From positions 9,594-73,593 of the forward strand of contig SMWE01000032.1 in the NCBI GenBank assembly GCA_004357475.1: a DNA stretch of 64,000 bases. The letters run 5' to 3'. Within the stretch, counting starts at the first letter, position 1. The number at the start of each line of letters is the position of its first letter. The position numbers and the translations under genes are program-made. The notes below the pieces were generated by a model. The model saw only the letters and a list, made by a program, of their open reading frames with translations, searched no databases and was not told where the DNA came from. Shown here in pieces: positions 50,501-59,818 of the stretch. The DNA comes from Gammaproteobacteria bacterium (lineage in GTDB: Bacteria > Pseudomonadota > Gammaproteobacteria > Steroidobacterales > Woeseiaceae).

Positions 50501-51050
50501 GCTGCACATAGTCCTCTTCAGCACTGCGTCCGGTACGCGCAAGCTCAATGTAAAAACGGTCACCAAAAACTTGCTGCCACTCTCGCAGCCGATCGGCAGC
50601 CTGCCCGGCGTGTCCGGCGACGATTGCGCGGCCAATGTCTCCATGAATGCCGCCGGAGAGCGCAATGAGGCCCTCGGTAGTGTCGCGAGATATCCAGGCG
50701 CGCTCGGCAAGCGGCACACCGCGGTGCTGGCCCTCGAGATAGGTCCTGGTGATCAGTCGGGCCAGATTACGGTAACCGACGAGATTCTGGCACAGCAATA
50801 TCAGGCAGAACGGACGATCAGCCTCGTCCGGGTCCTTAAGCTTCAGATCGACGCCGATGATCGGCTTGATGCCGCTGGCCAATGCCCGGCGATAAAACTT
50901 GATCATCCCAAACAGGTTTCCCTGGTCAGTCAGCGCCACTGCCGGCATGCCATGCCGCACGCATTGATCCATCAATGCCGGAATGCGTACAGTGCCATCG
51001 GCAATCGAATACTCGGTATGCAAATGCAGATGGACGAATGGTTCACTCAT
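47532..51050 (-). CDS. dnaE: DNA polymerase III alpha subunit
   Basis: PHP domain start MSEPFVHLHLHTEYS, polymerase core, OB fold. About 1170 aa. ATG at 51050 preferred over the GTG at 51056. Confidence 0.98.
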   Translation of the reverse strand: MSEPFVHLHLHTEYSIADGTVRIPALMDQCVRHGMPAVALTDQGNLFGMIKFYRRALASGIKPIIGVDLKLKDPDEADRPFCLILLCQNLVGYRNLARLITRTYLEGQHRGVPLAERAWISRDTTEGLIALSGGIHGDIGRAIVAGHAGQAADRLREWQQVFGDRFYIELARTGRSAEEDYVQQAVSLAAATGTPVVASNDVRFLHADDFDAHEARVCIQEGRGLGDADRPRHYSEHQYFKSCDDMASVFEDIPEAIANSLEIAKRCSLELKLGETFLPAFPVPQGQTTETYVEAESKRGLQQFLDRKFAKESVASEKRDVVAAPYQSRLTDELTVICDMGFAGYFLIVADFIRWAKEQSIPVGPGRGSGAGSLVAYVLGITDIDPLEYDLLFERFLNPERVSMPDFDIDFCMEGRDRVIDYVAEMYGRDRVSQIITYGTMAAKAVIRDVGRVLGQPYGFVDRIAKQIPFEIGMTLDKALDQEDELARMYQDDEEVRSIIDLAKSLEGLVRNAGKHAGGVVIAPDKLTDFTPLYCEEGGANAVTQFDKDDVEAAGLVKFDFLGLKTLTIIDWAVQIIKSRDPATQIDIREIPMQDAKTFQLLRACKTRAVFQLESRGMRDLIKRLQPDHFEDLVALVALFRPGPLQSGMVDDFISRKHDVSNREIDYLHPDLKSVLESTYGVILYQEQVMQIAQVLAGYTLGGADLLRRAMGKKKPEEMAKQREIFIGGATERGVAKFTATRIFDLMEKFAGYGFNKSHSVAYALIAYQTAWLKANYPAAFMAAVMSADLDHTDRLVMIKDDCRKSGLNLLGPNVNQSAYQFNVADDESILYGLGAIKGLGRTAVDAVITEREQNGPFENIAEFCRRVELEKINRRALEAMIKSGAMDTFGTTRRSLMHALPEALKSADQEARAKAAGQNDMFGIAEVQQAATPVEQVPLVEWTDREFLANEKEALGLYLTGHPFDAVQQDAMFLVDGKLAEISSEPPPQKSSGERNYAQQQREVTVAGLIMDVRKRGNRVTVVLDDNSGRLDVSLFSEAFQEFRHLLIKDEIVVVSGTLRYDDFAGGWQVNAKNVVHIDRVIEMSASSMILSFTPNGQGQSLLNRLHDVLLPYREGNCDVAVQYVGSEAKARLSLGPEWAVRPSRELRDKLTELLGQNSVRLLYAPGREMM

Positions 51051-51114
51051 AACCACGCATTGACCTGGTTCTCATCGAATTCCATGGCCGAATTCCATGG
51101 CAGCCATTCTAGTC

Positions 51115-51729
51115 TTATTGGCGGCCGCTTTTCATCGCCGATATCGGTGAGAAACTTCGCCGGTGTTCACGGCAGGGACCAAACTGTGCCAGGCGCTCGC
51201 GATGATCAGCCGTGGCATAACCCTTGTGCTGGCGAAAACCGTATTCGGGATAGATCACGTCCATCTCGCGCATCATCCGGTCGCGATGGACCTTGGCGAT
51301 GATTGATGCGGCACTGATGGCCGGTATGCTGGAATCGCCGCCGACCACGGCACAGCCATCGATCTGCCGGTCGTGAAAGCACAGGTTTGGCAGCCTGTTA
51401 CCGTCCACTTCGACGTAAGCCGGCTGGAGTCGCAGCCCGAGAATAGCTCTGCGCATTGCGAGCAGGGTCGCCTGCAGGATGTTGAGCAGGTCGATCTCGG
51501 CCGGGTCCGCCCAGGCAACGGACCAGGCCAGCGAGCGCTGCAAAATCTGCTCAGCCAGCTCGGAGCGACGGCTTGCTGACAGAATCTTCGAGTCGGCGAG
51601 ACCCTCGATTGGATCCTCGCTGCGCAGAATTACCGCGCCTGCAACAACCGGACCTGCCAAAGGCCCGCGTCCTGCCTCATCCACGCCGGCAACCGGTCCA
51701 TCTTTGCCGAACCTGAGTGGCCTTTGCAT
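51115..51729 (-). CDS. rnhB: Ribonuclease HII
   Basis: AGVDEAGRGPLAGPVV and DSKILS motifs. Confidence 0.92.
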   Translation of the reverse strand: MQRPLRFGKDGPVAGVDEAGRGPLAGPVVAGAVILRSEDPIEGLADSKILSASRRSELAEQILQRSLAWSVAWADPAEIDLLNILQATLLAMRRAILGLRLQPAYVEVDGNRLPNLCFHDRQIDGCAVVGGDSSIPAISAASIIAKVHRDRMMREMDVIYPEYGFRQHKGYATADHRERLAQFGPCREHRRSFSPISAMKSGRQ

Positions 51730-52871
51730 CAGCCCTGTCCGCGCGCAAGATTCAATACGGCTTGCGCTGCCAGTTTGTCCGCTCCCTGCGCGAGCTCGGC
51801 GCGCAATAGTGCGAACTGTCCGGCAATGGCCGCCCGGCGCTCAGGGTCCTCCAGCAGGCTGGATACAGCGCCTGCGAGCGCCTCCGGATTCGCGGCGCCC
51901 TGCAGATATTCCGGGACCAGCGGCTCAGGCGTCAGCAGATTCGGTAACGTGAAATGGGGCACCTTCACGAGCCCAAAGGTCTTCACGATGGCGTATGTCA
52001 GGGGCGCAGTTCGGTAGGCGGCCACCATCGGCCGACACAACAATGCAGCCTGCAACGCAGCAGTACCCGACACCAGCAAGACCACGTCCGCTGCTGCCAT
52101 GACTGTCCGGGCATTGCCATCTGTCAGCATGAAAACTGATGCGACATCTGCAGTCATCAATTGCGCTTCAAACAGCCGGCGGATCTTGCCGGAGGTCATC
52201 GGCGCTACGAATCTCAGGCCGGGCTCAGCCGCCACAAGCCGCGCACAAGCAGATGCAAAGACCGGTCCCAGCCTTGAAACCTCGCTCATCCGGCTGCCTG
52301 GCAGAACCGCGACAACCCTGTCTGCCGTGATGCCGAGATCAGACCTTGGCTGCGCGGTGTCGAGGTCTGCGGGGGTCCCGTCCGCCATCGGATGGCCGAC
52401 AAATTCGGCCGCCACATCGTGTTGGTCGTAGAACGCCTTTTCGAATGGCAGCAAACACAGCACCTTATCGGCGGCCTTTGCCACTTTTCGCACACGCCCC
52501 TGACGCCACGCCCACACCGATGGACTCACATAGTGCACGGTGCGCACCCCGCGCTCGCGAAGCCTGGTCTCTAACCCCAAATTAAAATCAGGTGCATCGA
52601 TGCCGACGAATACGTCCGGCGGAACCTCCGTCCAGCGCCGGATCAGCATGCGCCGAAGTTTCAGCAAGCGGGGAATTTCACGCAGCGGTTCGATAAGGCC
52701 GATCACGGCGAGCGCCTCCGACGATTCCCAGGCTTCGCATCCGGCAGCCTGCATTGCCGGGCCGGCAATGCCCTCAAAACGGACGCCGGGTGACCGCGCC
52801 GTGAGTTCTTTTATTAATCCTGCGCCCAGCAGATCGCCGGACGTCTCGCCAGCGACAAGACCAATACGCAT
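51729..52871 (-). CDS. lpxB: Lipid-A-disaccharide synthase
   Basis: MRIGLVAGETSGDLLG..., VHYVSPSVWAWR. lpxA-lpxB-rnhB synteny. Confidence 0.92.
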   Translation of the reverse strand: MRIGLVAGETSGDLLGAGLIKELTARSPGVRFEGIAGPAMQAAGCEAWESSEALAVIGLIEPLREIPRLLKLRRMLIRRWTEVPPDVFVGIDAPDFNLGLETRLRERGVRTVHYVSPSVWAWRQGRVRKVAKAADKVLCLLPFEKAFYDQHDVAAEFVGHPMADGTPADLDTAQPRSDLGITADRVVAVLPGSRMSEVSRLGPVFASACARLVAAEPGLRFVAPMTSGKIRRLFEAQLMTADVASVFMLTDGNARTVMAAADVVLLVSGTAALQAALLCRPMVAAYRTAPLTYAIVKTFGLVKVPHFTLPNLLTPEPLVPEYLQGAANPEALAGAVSSLLEDPERRAAIAGQFALLRAELAQGADKLAAQAVLNLARGQG

Positions 52872-52877
52872 AGTCAG

Positions 52878-53651
52878 TTACCGCAGCAAGCCGCGCTCCG
52901 ACGTGTGTAAGGAGTCCAGAAATACGCGGAGTTCGGGCTGCTCCGCAGCCAGCGATTCGATTTCCACAATGGCATCCGCCAGTTTCATCTTCTTGCGGTA
53001 CACAAGGCGATAGGCATTCTTGATATTGCGAATCTGATCAACGGTGAAATCACGCCGCTTAAGTCCTTCGGAATTGATGCCCTTCGGCGACGCGGGCTGA
53101 CCGCCAACCAGTGTATAGGCAGGGACATCCCGGTTGGTCCCGGCGTACATGCCGATAAAACTGTGTGCGCCAATCCGGCAGAATTGATGCGCGCCGGAAA
53201 AGCCTGCAAAAATCACCCAGTCGCCAACGTGGACGTGACCTGCAAGCGTCGCATTATTGGCAAAAATCGTATGACTGCCGATGCGGCAGTCGTGCGCGAT
53301 ATGCACGTAAGCCATGATCCAGTTGTCGTCACCGATGGATGTCAGGCTTGCGTCCTGCACGGTGCCACGACTGATCGTGCAGTACTCTCGAATAGTATTG
53401 CCCTCGCCAATTTCGAGGCGTGTCCGTTCCCCTGCATACTTCTTATCCTGCGGATCGTCGCCGATCGAGGAAAATTGATAAATGTGATTGTTCTCACCGA
53501 TGCGCGTAGGACCGTTGACGACAACATGACTCTCGATGCAACTGCCGGCGCCAATTTCGACGTGATCGCCAATAATAGAGTAAGGGCCGACTTCGACATC
53601 ATCGGCCAGTACGGCCGAGTCGGCGACGAGTGCAGTCGGGTGAATCTTCAC
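52878..53651 (-). CDS. lpxA: UDP-N-acetylglucosamine O-acyltransferase
   Basis: Left-handed beta-helix hexapeptide repeats (IHPTALV...). The GTG start at 53651 overlaps the fabZ stop (GTGA), and the longer ORF-track start lies inside fabZ. Confidence 0.9.
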   Translation of the reverse strand: MKIHPTALVADSAVLADDVEVGPYSIIGDHVEIGAGSCIESHVVVNGPTRIGENNHIYQFSSIGDDPQDKKYAGERTRLEIGEGNTIREYCTISRGTVQDASLTSIGDDNWIMAYVHIAHDCRIGSHTIFANNATLAGHVHVGDWVIFAGFSGAHQFCRIGAHSFIGMYAGTNRDVPAYTLVGGQPASPKGINSEGLKRRDFTVDQIRNIKNAYRLVYRKKMKLADAIVEIESLAAEQPELRVFLDSLHTSERGLLR

Positions 53652-54103
53652 TCCTGGGCTCCCGGCGCGCAGGTGATTTCGGCGGTTACGGCAACCTGTC
53701 CGTCGACGCTGGCAAAGCACTTGTAAAACCATATGCCGCGTTTGATTTTTACGACGTCGACCTGAACCAGCAGTTGATCACCCGGCAACACGGTTCGCCT
53801 GAAACGCGCATTATTGACACCAGCAAGGAAAAACAACGGTTTCGGGTCGACGTCACCCAGCGTCACATGAGAAAGGACGCCACCGGCCTGTGCCATCGCT
53901 TCGATGACAAGGACGCCGGGCATCACCGGTCTGCCTGGGAAATGTCCCTGGAAAACGGGCTCATTGATCGTCACGTTTTTCAGCGCGGTTATCGACTCGC
54001 CCGGCTGACAGGCGATAATTCTATCGATGAGCAGGAACGGATATCGATGCGGCAGCAATTCCATGATACGCCTTGCATCCAGCGTGATGTTATCGGTCGT
54101 CAT
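53648..54103 (-). CDS. fabZ: 3-hydroxyacyl-ACP dehydratase FabZ
   Basis: [13 protein letters not shown] and [15 protein letters not shown] motifs. ATG at 54103 (MTTDNITLD) overlaps the lpxD 3' end. Confidence 0.92.
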   Translation of the reverse strand: MTTDNITLDARRIMELLPHRYPFLLIDRIIACQPGESITALKNVTINEPVFQGHFPGRPVMPGVLVIEAMAQAGGVLSHVTLGDVDPKPLFFLAGVNNARFRRTVLPGDQLLVQVDVVKIKRGIWFYKCFASVDGQVAVTAEITCAPGAQE

Positions 54104-55163
54104 CGCTGCCTGCCGATTTCTCCAGTGCCCGCACCCGCTTCGCCAATGCACCCAAACGCCGGAATCGCGCGACCTTGCGCTTCCAGTTCCCGGCCTTTTC
54201 CGCGGCGAAGCTGGCCGCATAGAAGCCGGGTTCCCTGATATCCTTGGAGACCATCGATAAACCGCCGACCACCACATCATCACAAATATTGATGTGCCCG
54301 ACGGCACCTGAGCGGCCAGCGAACATGCAGCGCTTGCCAATAATGGTGCTCCCGGAAATACCGGTAAACGCCGCCATCGCGGTGTGTTCGCCAATCTGTA
54401 CGTTGTGTGCGATCTGAATCAGATTGTCCAGCCTGACCCCGTTTTCGATGACAGTATCGTCTATCGCCCCACGATCGATTGTCGTGTTGGCGCCGATCTC
54501 TACGTCATTGCCAATCCGTACGCCGCCTACCTGGGGCACCTTGACCCATTCGCCGTCACTCATCGCGTTACCGAAGCCGTCAGATCCGATCACCGCCCCC
54601 GGATGCACAATACATCGCGCACCGATTCGTACATCCTGCACCAGGGTCACGTTGGCGAGCAGTCGCGTGCTGGTGCCAATTGTGCAGCGCGGCCCGATGA
54701 CAACACCGGGTCCGATGAAAACCTGATCGCCAATAACGCAGCCGTCATCGACGACTACATTGGCAGACACCTGCACAGAGTCAGGCACACTTGCTGATGA
54801 CGCCACAACAGCAGATTTGTGTATCCCCGCCGCAAGGTCCGGGAACGGATACAAAACATCGGCAATTCTCGCGTATGCCAGGTAAGGATCGTCCGCGAGC
54901 AAGGCATTAACCGGACAATCGCTCGCATCATCGGGATGTACGAGTACAGCTGCCGCGGTCGTTTGCCGGAGCTCATCCCGGTATGCCTTGTTCGCGAAAA
55001 AACTAAGGGACTCCGAGTCAGCATTCGATAGTGTAGCGACGCGGGAAACCCTGGCTGCAGGGTCGCCGACAAGCTCACAGCCGAACTGCACCGCCAGTTC
55101 TCCCAAGCTAGTCGACAATTGAATCTCCCTTGATTCAAACCTCAGATCTGACTGGGGCGCCAT
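54090..55163 (-). CDS. lpxD: UDP-3-O-acylglucosamine N-acyltransferase
   Basis: N-terminal LpxD domain plus hexapeptide repeats (IGDQVFIGPGVVIG...). skp-lpxD-fabZ-lpxA synteny. Confidence 0.92.
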   Translation of the reverse strand: MAPQSDLRFESREIQLSTSLGELAVQFGCELVGDPAARVSRVATLSNADSESLSFFANKAYRDELRQTTAAAVLVHPDDASDCPVNALLADDPYLAYARIADVLYPFPDLAAGIHKSAVVASSASVPDSVQVSANVVVDDGCVIGDQVFIGPGVVIGPRCTIGTSTRLLANVTLVQDVRIGARCIVHPGAVIGSDGFGNAMSDGEWVKVPQVGGVRIGNDVEIGANTTIDRGAIDDTVIENGVRLDNLIQIAHNVQIGEHTAMAAFTGISGSTIIGKRCMFAGRSGAVGHINICDDVVVGGLSMVSKDIREPGFYAASFAAEKAGNWKRKVARFRRLGALAKRVRALEKSAGSDDDR

Positions 55164-55326
55164 GAATTCTCAAGAAAAGAGAATTTTCGACGGAGTGCCC
55201 GAAATGTCTGAAACGAGTACAGGACGAGGAAAGAAATGGCCGAACAAGCGGAGTTTACAAAAAGTCATTGAGCATTCTTCGGCCATTTTTTGACGAAGTT
55301 ATTGTGCCGTCTCAGGCTTATCGGGC

Positions 55327-55863
55327 TTAGTTACCCGCGGCCTGGAAGTTAGCTTCCATGGCGCGTAACACATTTTCGGTAATGTTAACCGTCGGGCTGG
55401 CATACAGCACACCATCGCCAACGACCAGGTCAAAACCTGCCGCCTGTGCATAGTCCTGCACTTCCTTCAGGAGGGAGCGCTGCAAATTGCCGAGCTCTTC
55501 GTTGCGGCGCAAATTGAGATCCTCCTGAAACTCGGTTTGCAACCGTGTCACTTCCCGTTGCAGCTCGCGCAGATCTTTTTCAGCATTGCGGCGTTCTGTT
55601 TCACCCATGACTGCAATATCGCGCTGAACTTTATCACTGAGCTCTTTGAATTCAGTCTGCTTCGCCCGAATGCCGCGTTGACGTGGCTGAAATTCTTCTT
55701 CCAATGCCGCCATCGCTACGCGCGCCTGTGGCGCCTGCTCCATCAGAACAGGTACGTTGACTACGCCAATTTTCAATTCCTGCGCGACGGCAGGCAGCAT
55801 GAATGATATTAACAGCGCAGCAACTGCAATCGCCTTGCCCAAATGTAGCTTTACAACATTCAT
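55327..55863 (-). CDS. skp: Periplasmic chaperone Skp (OmpH)
   Basis: Signal peptide, KIGVVNVPVL and a long coiled-coil body. Downstream of bamA. Confidence 0.85.
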   Translation of the reverse strand: MNVVKLHLGKAIAVAALLISFMLPAVAQELKIGVVNVPVLMEQAPQARVAMAALEEEFQPRQRGIRAKQTEFKELSDKVQRDIAVMGETERRNAEKDLRELQREVTRLQTEFQEDLNLRRNEELGNLQRSLLKEVQDYAQAAGFDLVVGDGVLYASPTVNITENVLRAMEANFQAAGN

Positions 55864-55877
55864 GAAAATTCCAATTC

Positions 55878-58295
55878 TTAAAACGCCTGACCAATGGAGA
55901 ACTGAAACCGCTCGATCTGATCTCCGTAAAACCTGTCGTTACCCGTAACCTCGTTCAGCGGTAGTGCATAACTGAACCTGAACAACCCGAGTGGCGCGAG
56001 CCATTGAACGGCAATACCGACGGATGTTCTCAATTCATTAATATCCGGCTTGTAGCTGATCGGGGCGCCCAGTTTATCGGTAAAGGAAACTTCGCCGGTA
56101 TTAAATACGTTGCCGATATCGTAGAAAATGCTTGCGCGTGCCTGACTCTGGAACTTCTGTGGAAGCGGGATTATAAGCTCTAGTTGGCTGGCAACCAACA
56201 CATTACCGCCATACGGATTGCCGAATGAGTCCCTGGGGCCCATCCACGACTCCTTGTAGCCGCGAATCGACTCCGGACCCCCGCCAAAGAACTGTTTATA
56301 GGGCGGCACGGCCGTCGTATCGCCCAGTCCCTGAGCGTATCCCAATTCGGCATTCACTCTGAATGTCCAGGGGCCGAACAGCGGAATGTATTTTGTATAA
56401 TTGTATCGCGCGGTGAAGTATTGGACATCACTGACCGGCAGCGCGTAAGTCAGGAATATCTGCTGCCGTGAACCCCGATTCGCAAAAATTGCGCGATTCC
56501 GGCTATCGTAAATCCAGCCGGTGATTAATTCATAGGCCTCGAACTGAGTACCAAAAAAAACAGTGCCACCGGTGATATTGGTAACAAATGGATTACCGTT
56601 GTTGGTGACCCATTCCTGAGATTGCTTCGTACTCCGCGAGGACGAGAGCAACTCCGCGTTGTTATACGCAAGTCCGATGCTCAGGCTTTGAAATTCGGTT
56701 ATAGGGAAACGGTATTCAAGCGACGTACCATAACTCTTTGTTGAAAAATCAGATGTCGCTGACGTGAACTGCGTGATGTCCCGGAAGTTGACACCCACCG
56801 TTCTACTAACACCGTTTGTCGTCGTATATGGGTCTGTGTGCGTCAACGAGTAAAAAGTAGAAAACCTTCCCGTGTTCGCCTGCAGTGCCACCCGATTGCC
56901 GGTGCCGAGAAAATTGGTGTGAACGATGCTGCCGTTCAACATCAGTTTCTGCGACTCGGAATATCCGATGCCACCACTGAATTGACCCGGCATGCGATAC
57001 TCAATGTCAAAATCTATATCTACCAGGTCCGGACTTCCGTCGACGGGACTGTTTTCAACTTCTACACGTTCGATATAGGGCAGCCGCTGCAACCGAATTC
57101 TTGAACGGTCGATGAGACGATTCGAAAGATAGGCGCCCTCAACCTGCCGCATTTCCCGCCGCAATACTTCATCATCAACCTGATCGACACCGTTGAAGTT
57201 AATGCGGCGCACATACACGCGGCTGCTCGGGTTGACAAAAAACGTTACGGAAACTTCCTTGTTCTCATGATCAAGCTCAGGCACTGGCTCAATATCTGCG
57301 TTTGCGTAACCTTCTTCGCCGAGTCGAAATGCCATGAACTCGGTGGATGCTGTCAGTAGTTGCAAATTAAAAACAGAACCTGGCTGCGCGAGCACCATGG
57401 CCCGAAGTTGCTCTTCCGGCACCACCATTTTGCCCACGATCTTGATGTCCGAGATCGTATATTTTTCTCCTTCGTGAATATTGATCGTGACGTAGATATC
57501 CTTACGATTCGGCGATATCGCAACTTGCGTGGAATCGATACGAAAATCTGCGTAACCCCTGTCCATGTAATAAGAACGCAGGGTTTCGAGGTCACCACTG
57601 AGCGCCTCTTTTGAGTAACGATCATCCTGGCGAAACCAGGACAGCCAGTTGGCAGTGTCGAGTTCGAAGTCTGCGCGAATGTCTGCTTCTTCAAAACTCT
57701 GATTGCCGATGATGTTGACCTGACGAATTCTCGCGCGATCCCCTTCCTTGACAGTAATTGCGATACTGACGGTATTGTTGGGTCGCTCGGTGACAGTGGA
57801 ATTGACGACGACAGCGTATTTCCCCCGATCGTAGTATTGTTCCTCCAGGAACTGCTGGACGTTGTCGAGTACCGATCTATCGAATGTGCGGCCACGTGCA
57901 AGCCCGACGCCGCGCAGCGACTCCATCAGGTCTTCCGTCTTGATATCCTTGTTTCCTTCAATCGTAAAGTTTTCGATCGATGGGCGCTCCCTGACCACTA
58001 TGATCAAGGTGTCTTCGTCGCGACGCATTTCGATATCGTCGAACAGTGACTGATCGTACAGGGCCCGGATTGCCTCCTGTATCCTGAGTTGGTCAATAGT
58101 GTCGCCAACGTTGATCGGCAGATAGTTGAAAACTGTACCTTCAGAGATTCGCCGCAGACCCTCGACGCGCATGTCGCGAACCACAAACGACGCCTGGGCA
58201 AAAACCGTGATGGGAGCGATCAGGCAGGCGCAAAGGAGCGCCGGCAGCCAGGTGACTCTCTTGCGGGATCGAATTGAGTGATGCTTCCTCAACAT
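55878..58295 (-). CDS. bamA: Outer-membrane protein assembly factor BamA
   Basis: Five POTRA repeats followed by an Omp85 barrel ending ...FQFSIGQAF (C-terminal aromatic). ATG at 58295 chosen (MLRKHH...). Confidence 0.96.
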   Translation of the reverse strand: MLRKHHSIRSRKRVTWLPALLCACLIAPITVFAQASFVVRDMRVEGLRRISEGTVFNYLPINVGDTIDQLRIQEAIRALYDQSLFDDIEMRRDEDTLIIVVRERPSIENFTIEGNKDIKTEDLMESLRGVGLARGRTFDRSVLDNVQQFLEEQYYDRGKYAVVVNSTVTERPNNTVSIAITVKEGDRARIRQVNIIGNQSFEEADIRADFELDTANWLSWFRQDDRYSKEALSGDLETLRSYYMDRGYADFRIDSTQVAISPNRKDIYVTINIHEGEKYTISDIKIVGKMVVPEEQLRAMVLAQPGSVFNLQLLTASTEFMAFRLGEEGYANADIEPVPELDHENKEVSVTFFVNPSSRVYVRRINFNGVDQVDDEVLRREMRQVEGAYLSNRLIDRSRIRLQRLPYIERVEVENSPVDGSPDLVDIDFDIEYRMPGQFSGGIGYSESQKLMLNGSIVHTNFLGTGNRVALQANTGRFSTFYSLTHTDPYTTTNGVSRTVGVNFRDITQFTSATSDFSTKSYGTSLEYRFPITEFQSLSIGLAYNNAELLSSSRSTKQSQEWVTNNGNPFVTNITGGTVFFGTQFEAYELITGWIYDSRNRAIFANRGSRQQIFLTYALPVSDVQYFTARYNYTKYIPLFGPWTFRVNAELGYAQGLGDTTAVPPYKQFFGGGPESIRGYKESWMGPRDSFGNPYGGNVLVASQLELIIPLPQKFQSQARASIFYDIGNVFNTGEVSFTDKLGAPISYKPDINELRTSVGIAVQWLAPLGLFRFSYALPLNEVTGNDRFYGDQIERFQFSIGQAF

Positions 58296-58299
58296 GGGG

Positions 58300-59652
58300 C
58301 TATTCGATAATCCGTGCAATGTCGTTGTAAAACGCGAAACTCATGAGAAGCAGAAGCGCCAGGATACCGATCTTCTGTCCGAAAAGTTGTGCTTTTTCCG
58401 ACAGCGGGCTGCCTTTCAGCCCTTCGATGGCCTGATACACAATTTGTCCGCCATCGAGAATCGGGATCGGCAGCAGGTTCAGCACACCGAGGCTGATACT
58501 GATCAACGCCAGGAAATTTAAGAATGCGATTATCCCCGCCGCTGCGGAGTTGCCGGCATATTGCGCGATGTTGATCGGCCCGCTGATATTCTTGATGGAA
58601 ACCTCTCCGGTCAACATTCGCGACAACATGCGAACCGTGAATGCGATCGAAGTCCACGAGCGTCCGATGGCCTGACCGATTGCCGGAAACGGAGCATATT
58701 TTCGGACATACCAGTAATCCGCGGATGCGGTGCTGATGCCGACCCCAAGGAGACCTGTCACTACACCATCGAGTTCCTGCGAACCAAGCGTTACCTCACG
58801 TGACAGTCCTGCGTTACGGCGAATCAGTTCGACGGTCACTGTCTCATGGGGGCGCGCCCTCACTATCTGCTGCAGGTCACGGAAGGTCACTACACTTTCA
58901 CCATCTATTGCGGTAATGCGATCCCCTTCCTCGATACCAGCTGCGTGCGCGGCGCCATCTTCTGCGACGTTGCCGACAATCGCCGGCGGTTGCCACGGCT
59001 GAAAACCGAGCCCATCGAACAACATTCCGGGCTCCGTCAGACGTGACGCATCATCGCCGACATCGATGGTCGTCTTACGCACCCAGCCATCTGCACCTTT
59101 GAGTTCAAGCGGCACCCGGCCGTCATCAAGCATTTCATCGAGCATCGAAACCAGTGCGGTTTCCCAGTCAGTGGCGTTCCGATCCCCAACTTTCAAAATG
59201 CGGTCGCCGAATTCGAGACCGGCCTCGGCAGCATAGGACCCTTCGGTGACCTCACCAACTGCCGGCTTCATTGTTGGGACGCCGTTGATAAAGAGTACCC
59301 AGTAGGCGAGGAATGCAAACAGGAAATTAAAGAAAGGACCCGCAAGGAGTACCGCGATACGGCTCGCAATCGGTTTATGGTTAAACGCCCGGCCCTGGTC
59401 TTCAGGATCAATCGGGCCTTCGCGCTCGTCGAGAAATTTCACATACCCGCCGAGCGGGATCGCGGATATGCAGTACTCGGTCCGGTCCCGGCCGGCGATT
59501 TTCATCCACACCGGCTTCCCAAAACCGATCGAAAATCGCAATACCTTTATACCGCAAAGGCGCCCAACGATGTAGTGGCCGAATTCGTGCACTGCAACCA
59601 GTATGCTGATGGCAACGATAAAGGCGACAAGATTGGTCAGTGCACTCATCAT
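58300..59652 (-). CDS. rseP: SigmaE protease RseP (site-2 zinc metalloprotease)
   Basis: HEFGH zinc motif near the N-terminus, two PDZ domains and the C-terminal LNLLPIPILDGG motif. Confidence 0.93.
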   Translation of the reverse strand: MMSALTNLVAFIVAISILVAVHEFGHYIVGRLCGIKVLRFSIGFGKPVWMKIAGRDRTEYCISAIPLGGYVKFLDEREGPIDPEDQGRAFNHKPIASRIAVLLAGPFFNFLFAFLAYWVLFINGVPTMKPAVGEVTEGSYAAEAGLEFGDRILKVGDRNATDWETALVSMLDEMLDDGRVPLELKGADGWVRKTTIDVGDDASRLTEPGMLFDGLGFQPWQPPAIVGNVAEDGAAHAAGIEEGDRITAIDGESVVTFRDLQQIVRARPHETVTVELIRRNAGLSREVTLGSQELDGVVTGLLGVGISTASADYWYVRKYAPFPAIGQAIGRSWTSIAFTVRMLSRMLTGEVSIKNISGPINIAQYAGNSAAAGIIAFLNFLALISISLGVLNLLPIPILDGGQIVYQAIEGLKGSPLSEKAQLFGQKIGILALLLLMSFAFYNDIARIIE

Positions 59653-59818
59653 CGGACAGATCCTTTCCCATTGAATTTCATAGTCTCAAGAGATAATCGG
59701 AGATCCCGCGCAAGGCCGGGTTTTAACCCCGGTTGAACATTCTGACTGAGTTGCGAGTGCGCAGTTCCCGATGACACTAACGCAGCAATGATGAACCATG
59801 ACTGAACTGGCCGCCTCA

